Shown here: piece after piece, positions 62,002-64,000 of the stretch
How positions within the stretch are numbered: position 1 is the stretch's first letter
Layout of the letters: every line of letters begins with the position of its first letter
From: Bacteroides sp.
GTDB lineage: Bacteria; Bacteroidota; Bacteroidia; Bacteroidales; Bacteroidaceae
Assembly (NCBI GenBank): GCA_030152865.1
Contig: JASLIW010000053.1
Span: forward strand, 27,386 to 91,385
DNA: 64,000 nucleotides
Direction of reading: 5' to 3'
Position numbers and translations under genes: made by a program
Notes under the pieces: model-generated
Databases searched by the model: none
What the model saw: the letters and a program-made list of their open reading frames with translations, nothing else
Told to the model about the DNA's origin: nothing

Positions 62002-63384
62002 TTATTCTTGACGAGCTTTCTCTACTTCTTCTACTGTTAGCGGAACATGCTTAGTTCCCATTCTTCGAGAGCCAGTCTGAGTAATTACATAATCTTCTTC
62101 ATTACGAATACCACCAAAATCTTTGTAACTTTCCAGCGCATCATAATTAATAAAGTCGGTGAATTTATTCTGACCTCTCCACAAGTCAATAAGCTCTGGA
62201 ATAAAGTAAATCCCTGGTTCTATTGTAAATACAAAACCAGGTTCTAACTCACGAGCTAAACGAAGTGACTTCCGTCCAAACTGTGTGCTTTTCTTACCTC
62301 CAGCATAACCTACAAGCTCTTCTCCAAAATTTTCCATATCATGTACGTCTAAGCCCATCATGTGGCCTAAGCCATGTGGGTAAAACAAGGCATGAGCTCC
62401 TTCACGTACAGCATCTTTCGCATTTCCTTTCATCAAACCTAGATCTTTCAGCCCCTCAACCATTACTTCTGCCGATAGATCATAAACATCCTCATAGCGT
62501 ACTCCTGGCTTCAATGCCTTAACTGAGCTTGTATGCATGCGGTTCTGAATCTCATAAACAGCACGCTGACGTGGAGTAAATGTAGGATCGACAGGAATAG
62601 TAGAAGACATATCACCCGCATAACCCATCTCTGTCTCAGCTCCAGCATCAATTAAGAAGAGCTGTCCCGACTGAACAGTATTGCCGTGGTAGTGGTTGTG
62701 CAGTGTCTGCCCATTCACTGAAGCAATTGTTGCAAAGGACAAATCGTAATTATGCTTGGCCACAACTGCTTCCATGGCAGCCACTACTTCATACTCTTTC
62801 ATTCCTGGTCGGAGCACCTGCATGGCGGTAATATGCATCTCTGCTGTAACATCACAAGCCTTATCTATTTCTGCAAGTTCCTCTTCTGTCTTGTAGTTGC
62901 GCTGATTGGCTATCGCCTCCATAAACGAATAGGAAGCTTGCTGCTGCTCAGGCTTCAGGCCAAGCAAGTTCATGAGTTTCAGCTTATGCTCTGGACGATA
63001 AGGAGGTAGATAGTGAATTTCGCGCCCTTGCTCTTTAGCCTTCGCTAAGTAGTTAGCCAGCTGAGCTGTGGGTTGTGTATGGCTAACACCAACTCGCTCA
63101 CTTTTCTCTTTCAGTGTAGGTTGGGTACCCATCCAAACAATATCATCTATAGTTAGCTCATCTCCAAAAATAATATCTTTGTCTTCGTCTACATCTACAA
63201 TTGCTGATAAACCAGCAAAAGACAGACCAAAGTAATAGAGGAAGCTAGAATCTTGACGGTATCTAAAAGTGCTATCTTCATAATTTAAAGCTAGCTCATC
63301 ATTTCCTAGAAATAGATAAACTCCTGAGCCAAGATTCTTTCGTAGCGTGGCTCGACGCTGCACATATGTCTCTTTACTAAACAT
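62002..63384 (-). CDS. Xaa-Pro aminopeptidase (M24, PepP-like)
   Basis: RQDSSFLY, DAGAE..GYAGD, HGLGH..GLDVHD, TIEPGIYF and GGIRNE motifs. Confidence 0.92.
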   Translation of the reverse strand: MFSKETYVQRRATLRKNLGSGVYLFLGNDELALNYEDSTFRYRQDSSFLYYFGLSFAGLSAIVDVDEDKDIIFGDELTIDDIVWMGTQPTLKEKSERVGVSHTQPTAQLANYLAKAKEQGREIHYLPPYRPEHKLKLMNLLGLKPEQQQASYSFMEAIANQRNYKTEEELAEIDKACDVTAEMHITAMQVLRPGMKEYEVVAAMEAVVAKHNYDLSFATIASVNGQTLHNHYHGNTVQSGQLFLIDAGAETEMGYAGDMSSTIPVDPTFTPRQRAVYEIQNRMHTSSVKALKPGVRYEDVYDLSAEVMVEGLKDLGLMKGNAKDAVREGAHALFYPHGLGHMMGLDVHDMENFGEELVGYAGGKKSTQFGRKSLRLARELEPGFVFTIEPGIYFIPELIDLWRGQNKFTDFINYDALESYKDFGGIRNEEDYVITQTGSRRMGTKHVPLTVEEVEKARQE

Positions 63385-63396
63385 AATTTAAAAAAT

Positions 63397-64000
63397 TTAC
63401 ATTCTATCTGGTACTTCTATTCCAAGTAAGTCCATACCGTTCTTGATTGTTTCACCTACTGTTTGAGACAGAACTAAACGGAACTGTTTGATTTTCATAT
63501 CATCTTCACCTAGAATAGAGAAATCATGATAGAACTGGTTATACTCTTTGACTAACTCATAAATATAGTTAGCAATGCCCGATGGGCTATAATCCTGAGC
63601 TGCTTGTTCTACGACTTCTTTGAAATCGGCTATTAATTGAATCAAACCTCTTTCTTTCTCACTTACATTTAAGGAGGTATCAACAGATTCAGGAATTTGA
63701 ACCGCAGTCGCTTTTGCTTTTCTTAGCACGGACTGAATACGTGCATAAGTGTATTGAATAAATGGACCTGTATTTCCATTAAAATCAATAGACTCCTTAG
63801 GATTAAAAGTCATGTTCTTACGAGCATCGACCTTTAAGATAAAGTATTTTAAAGCACCAAGCCCTACAATCCGTGCAATATTATTGGCTTCTTCTTCAGA
63901 AATGTGGTCAAGCTTACCTAGTTCTTGTGAAGTCTCTTTTGCAGTATCTATCATTTCTGCCATCAAATCGTCTGCATCAACCACTGTACCCTCTCTAGAT
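63397..64000 (-). CDS. argS: Arginine-tRNA ligase, 3' part (5' end lies outside the window)
   Basis: SREGTVV at the window edge, GALKY, FNGNTGPFIQYTYARI and the DALR anticodon domain ending LLGI.VPDRM. Confidence 0.96.
   Translation of the reverse strand, partial: SREGTVVDADDLMAEMIDTAKETSQELGKLDHISEEEANNIARIVGLGALKYFILKVDARKNMTFNPKESIDFNGNTGPFIQYTYARIQSVLRKAKATAVQIPESVDTSLNVSEKERGLIQLIADFKEVVEQAAQDYSPSGIANYIYELVKEYNQFYHDFSILGEDDMKIKQFRLVLSQTVGETIKNGMDLLGIEVPDRM

Overview
This is a 64-kb AT-rich core-chromosome segment from a Bacteroidales bacterium, probably Bacteroides-like, judged from TAnnTTTG promoters, gene order and protein families. The species cannot be determined from the sequence. 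Most of it is housekeeping: parC (3' part), prfB with its programmed frameshift, the rpsU-xerC-hpf-tRNAs-tuf-tRNA-Trp-secE-nusG-rplKAJL-rpoBC cluster, mnmA, waaA, gltX, priA, rpoN, gcvH, purE, ispG, greA, pnp, ptb-buk, sufE, ribF and argS (3' part). There are 7 tRNA genes. The only clearly accessory element is a 2.1-kb integrase-free islet at the second of two tandem tRNA-Leu(TAG) genes. It is bounded by an exact 76-bp direct repeat (tRNA 3' end plus the whole terminator) and carries one ATPase/winged-helix/PD-(D/E)xK nuclease gene, whose promoter is followed by two tandem GTTAC-N4-GTAAC/T palindromes. This is the best candidate for an undescribed, possibly self-repressing defence-type module. 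Other signals worth following up: a beta-clamp-type QMSLF motif ending ParC; strong Shine-Dalgarno sequences at hpf and greA (and a near-match at nusG) in a phylum that mostly lacks them; an intrinsic terminator in the greA leader; a sigma54-like box upstream of rpoN; and an uncalled 42-aa membrane peptide ahead of a terminator-gated CYTH-MgtC pair. No CRISPR array, IS element or prophage was seen. Product calls come from motif recognition, not database searches.
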